A stretch of 64,000 nucleotides of DNA from an uncultured Candidatus Saccharibacteria bacterium (GTDB lineage: Bacteria > Patescibacteriota > Doudnabacteria > UBA920), in assembly GCA_964532425.1 (NCBI GenBank), contig CAZHIA010000004.1, positions 19,740 through 83,739 of the forward strand. Reading direction: 5' to 3'. Position numbers and translations under genes: made by a program. Positions 23,508-32,444 of the stretch are shown in pieces. The notes under the pieces were generated by a model that saw only the letters and a program-made list of their open reading frames with translations, was not told the DNA's origin and did no database searches. The number at the start of each line of letters is the position of its first letter. The stretch's first letter is position 1.

Positions 23508-24830
23508 ATGAAAAATGCTATATATAAAAGCTTTATCTATCTGTTTCTGGCTTTTAACCTGGTACTCATCGGCATGCTCTGGTGGCATGGTTCCGGCAGC
23601 TTATTCATGTTTGACGGCACCGGCCGGATGATTGCGCTCGGCAGGCTCACTGGCTTGCTGGCAGAAGCTTGCATCGCCCTGCAGCTCGTGCTTATCGGGC
23701 GCATTAGCTGGATCGAACAAGTGTTCGGCCACGACCGCATGAACAAGCTTCACCGGATCATTGGCTACTCTACAGCTGCGGTACTGGTCCTGCATCCGGT
23801 CTTGCTGACCATCGGGTATGCACGCCAAAATGAAACCGGCCTGGTCCAACAATTTCTCAATTTCCTCAACAATTGGGAAGATGTCTTTAAAGCCTTGATC
23901 GGCGTAGTGCTGATTTTGGGGACTATCGTCATCTCCCTCGCTATCATCCGAAAACGCCTGCGATACGAAACCTGGCATTTCGCCCACCTCATCGTCTATG
24001 TGGCAGTACTACTCGCTCTGGGCCACCAGACTAACTTTGGCGATTTTATGGACGAAAACCCGCAGGTCGCGTACTGGTACGTACTCAATTACGGCGCTCT
24101 GGGATTGCTTATCCTGTACCGGTTCCTGCGGCCGCTCTATAACTTTTGGCGATATCGCTTCGCTGTAGAAAAGGTCACACCAGAAAACGCCGACACTGCA
24201 TCCGTTTATATTACCGGCCGCAATATGCCTAAGTTCAAATTCCAGGCTGGGCAATTCGCTAACCTCACGTTCCTGCAAAAGGGCATGTGGTTTACCCATC
24301 CATTCTCATTTTCTGCCGCACCCGGCAATAGTGTACGATTCACCATCAAAGCTTCCGGTGATTTTACGAACACGGTCCGGGACTTAAAGCCAGGGACCCG
24401 TGTCATCATTGACGGCCCTCTCGGACGATTCACCGAAGCTTCATCCCGAGGCGACAAATATCTCTTCTTGGCCGGTGGCATCGGCATTACCCCAATCCGC
24501 GCGCTCATGGAATCACTGTCCGCCGAACATAAGGACATTGTTTTGCTTTATGCGGCCAAAACCCCAGATGACATAGTTTTCCGGCAAGAATTGGAACAGC
24601 TCCAACACCGGTATCATTTTGTCATGTCCCAAATTTCGGAAGCTTCAGCCGGAGGGGCATTCGAAACAGGACGGATAGACGAAGAAAAAGTCAGGCGATT
24701 GGTTCCTGATTTTTCGCAACGGGAAGCGTACATCTGCGGGCCAGAACCCATGATTAATGCAATGCAAAGATTGATGCTGTCGCTGGGCACCGACAAATCG
24801 CGGATACATTTTGAGAAGTTTGAATACTGA
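23508..24830 (+). CDS. Ferric-reductase-like transmembrane domain fused to an FAD/NAD(P)-binding (FNR-like) domain
   Basis: Multi-TM N-terminus with conserved His residues; C-terminal RFTIKASGDFT and YLFLAGGIGITPIRAL (FNR NAD-binding fold). Confidence 0.75.
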   Translation: MKNAIYKSFIYLFLAFNLVLIGMLWWHGSGSLFMFDGTGRMIALGRLTGLLAEACIALQLVLIGRISWIEQVFGHDRMNKLHRIIGYSTAAVLVLHPVLLTIGYARQNETGLVQQFLNFLNNWEDVFKALIGVVLILGTIVISLAIIRKRLRYETWHFAHLIVYVAVLLALGHQTNFGDFMDENPQVAYWYVLNYGALGLLILYRFLRPLYNFWRYRFAVEKVTPENADTASVYITGRNMPKFKFQAGQFANLTFLQKGMWFTHPFSFSAAPGNSVRFTIKASGDFTNTVRDLKPGTRVIIDGPLGRFTEASSRGDKYLFLAGGIGITPIRALMESLSAEHKDIVLLYAAKTPDDIVFRQELEQLQHRYHFVMSQISEASAGGAFETGRIDEEKVRRLVPDFSQREAYICGPEPMINAMQRLMLSLGTDKSRIHFEKFEY

Positions 24831-24925
24831 TAGTCCTTTAGTCCTGTGATCGTGTAGAGATAGCATGTGAAGACAGGAACTGCTCGCAATGCTTCGACAA
24901 ACATCATAATGCGACTATTGCAACG

Positions 24926-25127
24926 GGCGCCTGACAGCAGCCCCTACACTGCAATGATCCCTGTAGGGGCAAGCGACAGCTGCCCGTTCACCAACAAGTG
25001 GCACTCTCCTTGAATCTCCGAGGCGGGCGCCTGTCGGCGGCCCCTACGCTGCAGTTGTCTTCTGTAGGGGCTAGCGATCCTGTCCGCCGAAGCCTTGGCG
25101 AAGGCGGAAGCTGCCCGCCAATTGAAA
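24926..25127. repeat. Two tandem ~100-bp structured repeat units, each containing the hairpin CCCCTACRCTGCA..TGTAGGGG
   Basis: GGCGCCTGACAGCAGCCCCTACACTGCAATGATCCCTGTAGGGGC... and GGCGCCTGTCGGCGGCCCCTACGCTGCAGTTGTCTTCTGTAGGGGC... Confidence 0.6.
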
Positions 25128-25179
25128 ATCGAAATTCTAAATACAATTTGCAAAACGGGAAGTTCGTATGCGTCACACA

Positions 25180-25204
25180 CACTGTCTGTAAAGACAGTTT
25201 TTTA
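25180..25204 (+). terminator. Intrinsic terminator ending 1 nt before the M23 peptidase start codon
   Basis: CTGTCTGTAAAGACAG followed by TTTTTTAT. Confidence 0.55.
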
Positions 25205-25205
25205 T

Positions 25206-25901
25206 ATGCAAACAAAGAAAATCCTTTCAACTATCATCATTCTCGTCGCTGCTGCCGGAGTGTCCACCTATTTGCTCCACCGCCCGAGCGCGACCCGTAT
25301 TCCGCAGAACGAGAGCAAGGCCGCGACGGATACCAGCCAATCTGCAGCCACAACAAGCCCGTCTACGGCATTAGATAACACTCCGACGATCACCCAAAGT
25401 TCGGGTCTTGTTGATCCCATTGCCGGCGGAAAATCCCGCGTCACCAAAAAACCGTTCGGCATATACGTTTCTCCCGGCCACTCCCCCATCTCGCCCGAGC
25501 GATTCACCGGATTCCATACCGGAGCGGATTTCGAAACCACACCCGAAGAACAGAATGCGGATGTGGCGATTTCTGCAATTTGTAACGGTCCGCTGTTGTT
25601 AAAGGAGTACGTCAACGGTTATGGTGGAGTTGCGGTGCAGTCATGTACGATCAGCAGCGAAAAAGCCACAGTGCTTTACGGCCATCTGCGTCTGGCGAGC
25701 ATTACCCCTGCCGTCGGAGACCAGCTGAAGGCTGGTCAGACGTTCGCCGTGCTCGGTACTGGTTACAGCACCGAAACTGATGGCGAACGGAAACATTTGC
25801 ATCTATCGATCCACAAAGGCCCATCAGTTGTCCTGCTTGGTTATGTTCAAAAACAGTCGGAGCTTTCGACATGGATCGATCCGGAGACGGTACTGCCGTA
25901 G
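25206..25901 (+). CDS. M23 family (LytM-like) metallopeptidase, secreted or membrane-anchored
   Basis: N-terminal TM/signal (ILSTIIILVAAAGVS); HTGADF...GYGGVAVQ...YGHL...HLHLSIH is canonical M23. Start at the ATG at 25206; the track ORF from 25095 was rejected. Confidence 0.8.
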   Translation: MQTKKILSTIIILVAAAGVSTYLLHRPSATRIPQNESKAATDTSQSAATTSPSTALDNTPTITQSSGLVDPIAGGKSRVTKKPFGIYVSPGHSPISPERFTGFHTGADFETTPEEQNADVAISAICNGPLLLKEYVNGYGGVAVQSCTISSEKATVLYGHLRLASITPAVGDQLKAGQTFAVLGTGYSTETDGERKHLHLSIHKGPSVVLLGYVQKQSELSTWIDPETVLP

Positions 25902-26027
25902 AGATGGCTATAGAAAAATAAAAAGATAAAAAAATAGAAAAATTGGAAAAATTTTGGGCTAATCTTTTTATTTATCTATTTTCTATTTTTCTATAGTCGT
26001 TATGCGGTTTTCTGGTATACTATATAT

Positions 26028-28376
26028 ATGGGAAAAATGGCAAATTTTATCGCCACATACCAGGTCGTTAAGAAACATTTTAAAAAAGTTGCGTTTCAAA
26101 ATGCCGTGACTCTGGTCAACGGGATCTTTTTTGTGGTCTGCCTGCTCCTGCTCGTATTTCTGGAATTTCACGAGGCGCTGTTTTTAGCCATCGTTTTGTT
26201 CCTCAACATCATTATCGGCATTATTCAAGATTTACGCGCCAAGGTTGCCCTGGAGCGGTTACAGATTCTCATGACCCCCAAAATTACGCGATTGCACAAG
26301 AACGGGCTCGAAGAGACTGTCCGGTTGGAGGACGTTACCATGGGAGACGTACTCAAGGTTTCGCTCGGCGACCAAATTCCGGCTGACGGCGTGATAGTGG
26401 AAAGCCGCGGCCTTGAAGTAAACGAAGCGCTCATTACCGGAGAATCCAATAGCGTAGCCAAAACCGTGGGAAGCAAGACACTCGCCGGCAGCATTGCCAC
26501 AGCCGGATGGGGTAGTCTGCAAGTTACCGTTCCCCCGTCAGAGAGCTTTGTCTCGCAGATGACCAACAAGATCAAGCAGTACACGATCAACCTGAGTCCT
26601 ATTCAGCAGACACTCAACACGTTCATCACGTACATGACTTATCTCCTGCTGGCCGTGGTCATATACGTCATTTACCACGGACTAACCGTCCATGAACTGC
26701 TCGTCTCAATAGTCAAAGATATTGCCGCACTGACCGGTACGCTCGTCCCACAAGGATTAATATTGGCCACCACCGTATTCTTCGCTTATGGCGCCGTTCG
26801 CTTATTCCGCAAGCAAGTTCTGCTCCAAGAGATCAATGCCACGGAAAAGCTGGGACGGATAAAGAACCTTTGCATAGACAAGACCGGCACACTGACCGAG
26901 AATAAGCCCACACTCGAATCAATCGAGCTATACGGAGGTACCACGCAGGATCAGGCATTGCAGTTGATCGATGGATACATCCAAGCCAACAATGACGCTT
27001 CGGAGACTACCAAGGCCATACAGGCGGGACGCAAACCAACCTTCCAAGGTTCAGTCAGTGATTCCCTCCCTTTTTCTTCTACCCGGAAATTTGGCACAGC
27101 CACTCTTCTGCAACCGGGTGGAACATTTGTCACCATTACTGTGGGAGCCCCTGATGTTCTCCTGACGCGCCTGGGACTGGCTGCCGAACAGGAATGGTTG
27201 AATGCCGTGATCAACCATTACGCCACCCAAGCCAAACGTTTAGTCTTGCTGGCTATGGCTGACCAGAATATGCTGGAGGCGCCGGTCCAAGAGTCCGTAC
27301 TCCACCCGGTTGCCGTGTTCGTGCTATCCAATCCCCTCCGTACCGGCACGACAGATATCATCAACTTCTTCCAGAACCGCGGGGTCAGTATCCGCGTCAT
27401 TTCCGGTGACAACCCGAAGACTGTCCAAGCAATAGCCGTACAAGCGGGTATTAAGCACGCAGACATAATTGTCACCGGTCCGGAAATTGAGCGTTGGGAT
27501 AGCGAGGAATTCCAGGAACGTATTCCGGCCTACCACTTATTCGCCCGCATCAAACCGGAACAAAAAGAACGTATTGTCGAATTGTTCAAAACCCAAGGAT
27601 TCACGGCCATGGTCGGCGACGGAGCCAATGACGCACTTGCCATTAAAAAATCCGACCTCGGGATTGCCATGTTCGACGGCGCCGGCGCCACAAGGCAGAT
27701 TGCCCAAGTCGTGCTCATGAACAACAGTTTTGCCGCGCTTCCCACCGGAGTCAATCTGGCCGAGACCATCATCACGAACATCGAACTGGTCGCCAGCGCA
27801 TTCTTCTACTCGGTCACTGTTGGATTGTCATTGTTTCTCATCCTCGCAATCCTCGGCTACACCTACCCGCTCTCTCCCCGCAACACCACCATTATCAACT
27901 ATTTCATTGTCTGGCTGCCCATGGTCTACTGGACCGTATTCCCTGCCCACCAGGAAAGCACAGAGGAAAATCGGTCATTTCTCAGACGAGTGCTGCCTTA
28001 TTCCATCCTGAATGGCGTTTTGACCGCGTTTGCGGCTACTTTGGCCTTTGCCTTGGGACCGGAAGCTTTGCGCTTTTCCGGCTCGCATATACTGGTGGTA
28101 CTAACCGTGGCCGCTCTTGGATTTTGGTTCTTCGTGCTCACCCCTATTGCACACCGTATCCCGGTCACGAAGCAGCAAAAGAAGGTTATTTACCTGCTGG
28201 CCGGCATTGGCGCGGTGTTTCTTATCTTTGTTATGTTCCACCCGGGGCTCTCTGAATTCTTCGATCTGCAACGGCCAACCCTGCTCCCGCTCATTTCCGC
28301 CCTCAGCATCAGCTTCCTCGTGGGATGGCTGCAGTTTCAGCTTGTCAAACGATTCTTTGCCAGGCCAAAAACCTAA
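26028..28376 (+). CDS. Cation-transporting P-type ATPase (HAD-type; probable P2/P3-like)
   Basis: DKTGTLTENKP phosphorylation site, TGES actuator motif, GDGANDALAIKKSDLGIAM hinge, 8-10 TM helices. Confidence 0.88.
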   Translation: MGKMANFIATYQVVKKHFKKVAFQNAVTLVNGIFFVVCLLLLVFLEFHEALFLAIVLFLNIIIGIIQDLRAKVALERLQILMTPKITRLHKNGLEETVRLEDVTMGDVLKVSLGDQIPADGVIVESRGLEVNEALITGESNSVAKTVGSKTLAGSIATAGWGSLQVTVPPSESFVSQMTNKIKQYTINLSPIQQTLNTFITYMTYLLLAVVIYVIYHGLTVHELLVSIVKDIAALTGTLVPQGLILATTVFFAYGAVRLFRKQVLLQEINATEKLGRIKNLCIDKTGTLTENKPTLESIELYGGTTQDQALQLIDGYIQANNDASETTKAIQAGRKPTFQGSVSDSLPFSSTRKFGTATLLQPGGTFVTITVGAPDVLLTRLGLAAEQEWLNAVINHYATQAKRLVLLAMADQNMLEAPVQESVLHPVAVFVLSNPLRTGTTDIINFFQNRGVSIRVISGDNPKTVQAIAVQAGIKHADIIVTGPEIERWDSEEFQERIPAYHLFARIKPEQKERIVELFKTQGFTAMVGDGANDALAIKKSDLGIAMFDGAGATRQIAQVVLMNNSFAALPTGVNLAETIITNIELVASAFFYSVTVGLSLFLILAILGYTYPLSPRNTTIINYFIVWLPMVYWTVFPAHQESTEENRSFLRRVLPYSILNGVLTAFAATLAFALGPEALRFSGSHILVVLTVAALGFWFFVLTPIAHRIPVTKQQKKVIYLLAGIGAVFLIFVMFHPGLSEFFDLQRPTLLPLISALSISFLVGWLQFQLVKRFFARPKT

Positions 28377-28441
28377 ACAAGGACTCTCATAAACCCCCTT
28401 TTACATTTGATTCCACCAGTCCGCAATGGCATGCTCTTGTT

Positions 28442-28593
28442 TGTCATTGCGAGCCAAGAAAATTTCAATGTTAAATTTTCTTGGCGAAGCAATCTTATGT
28501 GTACGGCGTCATCCTGAGTGCATCCGAAGGATCTCAATGCCAGGAAAGATTGCTTCGTCAAAAAGATAAAGCCCTTTTCTCCTCGCAATGACA
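28442..28593. repeat. Composite palindromic element with 12-bp terminal inverted repeats TGTCATTGCGAG / CTCGCAATGACA; the right TIR contains the start codon of the pentapeptide-repeat gene
   Basis: Contains the nested palindrome CCAAGAAAATTTCAATGTTAAATTTTCTTGG and a partial copy of the ABC-gene insertion element (GGCGTCATCCTGAGTGCATCCGAAGGATC). Confidence 0.6.
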
Positions 28594-29235
28594 TCAAACT
28601 TGCATAAAATCTATTCCGATCTGCCGAAAGGGCTCCAGCCGGTTCCAGAGTTTCAACTGACCAGCGACAGCGAGTATGAATTGCTCGACATTACGGGAGG
28701 ATCCGCAGCAGGACAAACACTGGAACAACTCAAGTTCCTGGAGTGTCATGTAAAAAATTTTTCCCTCGGGCAGGCAACCGTTACCGATATCCGCATCACG
28801 AACTCCAAGTTCGAAGATTGCGACCTGGCCAATGCAAAATGCACGAAAGCACTGGCAGAACGGACCGAGTTCATCAAATGCCGAATGACCGGCTTTAAGT
28901 CGCCTGAGGCGGTCTTTAAGAATGTCCTATTTAAAAACTGCCAGTGCAAGCTCTCCCAATTCCGATTCTGCAAATTCAAAAATGTCACATTCGAGCATTG
29001 TATCCTCGAAGAAGCGGATTTTTACGGAGCCGACCTGACCGGGGCCGTATTTTCCGACTGCGACCTGCTCAAGGCAGACTTTTCATCCGCACGGATGCAT
29101 GAGACCGATCTCAGAACCAGCAAGATAGCAGGTATAAGCGTTAACATCGAAAGCCTCAAAGGCGCGATCATCGACGTTTCCCAGGTCAATGACCTGGCTT
29201 GGCTGCTCGGAGTAAAAATTGAGTGGAAAGAATAA
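28588..29235 (+). CDS. Pentapeptide-repeat protein
   Basis: Tandem A(D/N)LxG-type pentapeptide repeats (ADFYGADLTGAVFSDCDLLKADFSSARMHETDL). Confidence 0.8.
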   Translation: MTSNLHKIYSDLPKGLQPVPEFQLTSDSEYELLDITGGSAAGQTLEQLKFLECHVKNFSLGQATVTDIRITNSKFEDCDLANAKCTKALAERTEFIKCRMTGFKSPEAVFKNVLFKNCQCKLSQFRFCKFKNVTFEHCILEEADFYGADLTGAVFSDCDLLKADFSSARMHETDLRTSKIAGISVNIESLKGAIIDVSQVNDLAWLLGVKIEWKE

Positions 29236-29275
29236 CCTGTTATAATCAAAACGAAAATAAGAATATTATAATCTT

Positions 29276-29572
29276 ATGAGCATCGAAAATCGCGAGCAGA
29301 CTCCCCGGCCGGGAGTGCATAGTTATCGCATTGATCGAGAGGAGTATGTGGTTGAGGTCGTCTGGAAAGACGGCACCCATACGACATCCCATTTCCCGGT
29401 CGAAGGCTTTGATGTGGTCAATCCAAATGACAAAGAGCACCAAAAGCTTGGACACATTAAAGGATCTCGTGTTTTGCAAGTTCTCCAGGAACAAGCTGCC
29501 AATTTCAATTACGGAGACTTAGACTGGCGCAACTTTCTCAACCACTCCAACAATAACTCTCATGGAAAATAA
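29276..29572 (+). CDS. Hypothetical protein, 98 aa, overlapping the downstream nucleotidyltransferase gene by 11 nt
   Basis: ORF in track with translational-coupling geometry. Confidence 0.45.
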   Translation: MSIENREQTPRPGVHSYRIDREEYVVEVVWKDGTHTTSHFPVEGFDVVNPNDKEHQKLGHIKGSRVLQVLQEQAANFNYGDLDWRNFLNHSNNNSHGK

Positions 29573-30314
29573 CAAAAAATTCACCACCCCCGCCATCCCG
29601 GCCTCCATACAGAAAGAATTCCAGAAGCTCAATGGCTGCCAGGCCGTGCTCCTGACCGGTTCCCGGGCCATCGGCAAAGCCGGCAAGAATGCCGACTGGG
29701 ATTTTTTTGTTATTTTAAAAGACGGCATGCCGCGCTGGAGAAAGACCTGGAAGGTCGGTGGGCAATGGCTGGAAATTTTCTGCAATGACAAAAAGCAGAT
29801 TGAAAAAGAATTGAAAGAAGACCTCAAGGAAGGCCGCGGCGTTACCACATTTATGTTCGCATCCGGGGTAATCATCCAAGATAGCAAATCAAAAATTCTC
29901 GAAAAGCTGGTCCGCCGAGCTACAGCCAATTGGGAAAAAGGGCCGACTCCCCTCTCTAGGCAAGAGATTGCCTGGAAGGATTACGACATGGCAACGTACC
30001 TGCAGGATATCGAAGATTGTTTGGAAGACGGCAATCCTGCTTTGCTTTTAACTAATTATGCGGTCAATGAGTTCGTAAATGACTACTACCGGCTCAACAA
30101 CACATGGCTGCCGCGGCCAAAGGACAGACTGAACGATCTGGCAATCCGAGACAAACACCTTTTCCAGATGGTTTCTAAGTTCAATACCGCAGTAGCATGG
30201 AAGAACAAAGCAGCGCTCGCGATCGATATTGGAAAATATGTCGGAACATCAACCCATTTGAAGCTGGATGGAAATTTACATATTCCGCCCCATAGCGGTT
30301 CGTTCCATTCGTAA
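29562..30314 (+). CDS. Nucleotidyltransferase (Pol-beta superfamily; ANT/Lnu-like architecture with a C-terminal helical domain)
   Basis: LLTGSRAIGKAGKNADWDFFVIL matches the GS-X9-13-DxD NTase motif. Confidence 0.6.
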   Translation: MENNKKFTTPAIPASIQKEFQKLNGCQAVLLTGSRAIGKAGKNADWDFFVILKDGMPRWRKTWKVGGQWLEIFCNDKKQIEKELKEDLKEGRGVTTFMFASGVIIQDSKSKILEKLVRRATANWEKGPTPLSRQEIAWKDYDMATYLQDIEDCLEDGNPALLLTNYAVNEFVNDYYRLNNTWLPRPKDRLNDLAIRDKHLFQMVSKFNTAVAWKNKAALAIDIGKYVGTSTHLKLDGNLHIPPHSGSFHS

Positions 30315-30321
30315 CCTGTCG

Positions 30322-30400
30322 ACGTCGTTCTGAGCCGTAGTGCAGGCCCTTGGCCTGCCCAGATGCTCGGATATTTGAGCAGGGCACGGCCCTGCACTAC
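30322..30400. repeat. Family-B palindromic element copy 2 (inverted pair of GTAGTGCAGGCCnnnGGCCTGC hairpins) with a family-C-like left arm
   Basis: GACGTCGTTCTGAGCCGTAGTGCAGGCCCTTGGCCTGC ... GCAGGGCACGGCCCTGCACTAC. The left flank resembles GGCGTCATCCTGAGCCGTGAGTGCA of the ABC-gene element. Confidence 0.65.
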
Positions 30401-30456
30401 ATCCACTTTTGATTCAAAGGTGATGTCGATTAACAAAATATAATTATAATAGAATC

Positions 30457-31044
30457 ATGCTCAAAGCAATTATTTTCGATCTCAACGGCATCTTCTTGCA
30501 AAGTCCAAAACTATCCGAAAGGTTCGCGAAGGATTTTGGCGTACCCATAGAAATATTTGTACCCCGTCTTTCCGAGATAATGGATCAGGTCAGAAAACCA
30601 GGCGCGGACAAGGCATGGAGCTTTTGGCAGCCTGCTTTGCAGCAGTGGAACATTAACATTACTGAACAGAAATTCTGGGATTATTGGTTCAAGGCCGAAG
30701 TACCGTCCGAACGGATGATCGCCTTTGCCGAAGAATTGCGAAACCGCGGAATCAAGGTCCTTATCCTCTCCAACAACTTTAAAGAGCGCGCGGAATATTA
30801 TGGCCACTACCCGTGGATAGCAGGTGCCGTAGACAAGGTCTACTACTCCTGGCAGACGGGATTTGTGAAGCCTGACCCCAAAGCATGGGAATTGGTGCTG
30901 ACAGAAAACAATCTTAAGCCCGATGAATGTCTCTATTTCGACGACCAAGAAAAGAACCTTAAGGCCGCTGAGAGCTTAGGAATAAAGTCGTTCATGTTCA
31001 CGAATGAACAGGAGTTGGAACGAACGGTATCCGAATACTTGTGA
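30457..31044 (+). CDS. HAD-superfamily hydrolase
   Basis: N-terminal DxD-type motif IIFDLNG, motif II/III LILSNN and C-terminal FDD. Confidence 0.78.
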   Translation: MLKAIIFDLNGIFLQSPKLSERFAKDFGVPIEIFVPRLSEIMDQVRKPGADKAWSFWQPALQQWNINITEQKFWDYWFKAEVPSERMIAFAEELRNRGIKVLILSNNFKERAEYYGHYPWIAGAVDKVYYSWQTGFVKPDPKAWELVLTENNLKPDECLYFDDQEKNLKAAESLGIKSFMFTNEQELERTVSEYL

Positions 31045-31568
31045 AATCAATGCAGCTCATAAAGACCCTCAATCCCGAAGATGCGACCGAGCAGGAAATT
31101 GCTTCGTTTAAAACCCGAACTGCAGCCCGGGCTGTTGTGTATGACAATGACGGGCACGTGGCAATATTGAACGTCTCCAACAAAAACTATCATAAGCTAC
31201 CGGGCGGCGGCGTAGAAGATGGCGAAGACGAATTGAGCGCACTCAAGCGCGAATGCCGAGAAGAACTCGGGTGCGAGATCGAAGTTTTTGGCGAGGTCGG
31301 GCAGATTGTAGAATACCGAAAAATCTTCCACCTCAAACAAATTTCCCTTTGCTATCTGGCAAACGTAACAGGACAAAAGGGAAGCCCCGCATTTACGCAG
31401 GATGAAACGGAAGACGGGTTCCAAATTCTGTGGCTGCCCATTCAGCAAGCAATGCAAATTTTAGCCGATGACCAACCTGAAAACGATGAAGGCAGATTAT
31501 ACATTGTCCCAAGAGATATGACATTTTTAGAGGCTGCAAATATCCAGCATAATACGACCGGAGCATGA
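31041..31568 (+). CDS. NUDIX hydrolase
   Basis: Nudix box GGGVEDGEDELSALKRECREELG. Overlaps both flanking HAD genes by 4 nt. Confidence 0.85.
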   Translation: MKSMQLIKTLNPEDATEQEIASFKTRTAARAVVYDNDGHVAILNVSNKNYHKLPGGGVEDGEDELSALKRECREELGCEIEVFGEVGQIVEYRKIFHLKQISLCYLANVTGQKGSPAFTQDETEDGFQILWLPIQQAMQILADDQPENDEGRLYIVPRDMTFLEAANIQHNTTGA

Positions 31569-32164
31569 TCAAAGCAATTATCTTCGACATTGGCGGGGTG
31601 ATAACGTTTACCGATTTTCAGGCACTGTATGCCAACTTCGCGAATCGCATCGGCATTTCGTCCGATATCGTATCGCAATATCACAAAGACCATTGGGCAG
31701 ACCTGCTGCTTGCCAACATCACCCTAGAACAATTCTTTCAAGACATGCAAGAAGCCGGAGCCAAGCCCGGATTAGATTTGCCTATCATCTGGCTGGAAGA
31801 AGCCTTGAAAATCAGAAAGGTAAATACTGAACTGCTCAGTTTTATCGACGAACTCCGAAAACACTACGCTGTAGGCGTTCTGTCCAACCTGACCAGTACC
31901 AGATTGGTCGTAGATGAAGCCTTGCATTTATATGACCACTTTGATTTTGTTGTACTCTCCTGTAAAGAGCATATCAAAAAACCGGATCCTAAGTTCTATG
32001 AACAGGCTCTTATTTACGCAGATGCAGCCGCATCTGAGGTGATCTTCATTGACGACAACGAACGGAATGTCGCGGCGGCCAAAAATATCGGCCTGAATGA
32101 TATCACCTATACCGATAACGAACAGCTTCGTAAAGACTTGGCGAATTTGGGTGTTATGGCATAA
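31565..32164 (+). CDS. HAD-superfamily hydrolase
   Basis: IIFDIGGVI motif I and FIDDNERN motif IV. Confidence 0.78.
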   Translation: MIKAIIFDIGGVITFTDFQALYANFANRIGISSDIVSQYHKDHWADLLLANITLEQFFQDMQEAGAKPGLDLPIIWLEEALKIRKVNTELLSFIDELRKHYAVGVLSNLTSTRLVVDEALHLYDHFDFVVLSCKEHIKKPDPKFYEQALIYADAAASEVIFIDDNERNVAAAKNIGLNDITYTDNEQLRKDLANLGVMA

Positions 32165-32353
32165 TTTATCTTATCGTAATACCCCCTCCCCCTTCGACAA
32201 GCTCAGGGTACTCCCCCTATGTTAGAGGGAGAGTAACTGCAGGCTGCAGTGGAATCCTTCCCTTATAGGGAAGGTGCCGAGCACGAGCGAGGCGGAAAGG
32301 TATTGAAACTTTAACAGCCTCCATCTCTTCATATACAAATCACCATTTTCCCA

Positions 32354-32375
32354 CCCCGGTTAGCCCGGGGTTTTT
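32354..32375 (+). terminator. Candidate intrinsic terminator within the structured intergenic region
   Basis: CCCCGGTTAGCCCGGGG followed by TTTTTC. Confidence 0.4.
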
Positions 32376-32444
32376 CAAATGAAACACAAAGCAGTTTTGG
32401 TCGTTTAACTCTATAGAACTGCCAATCATTAACAAAAAACAAGC

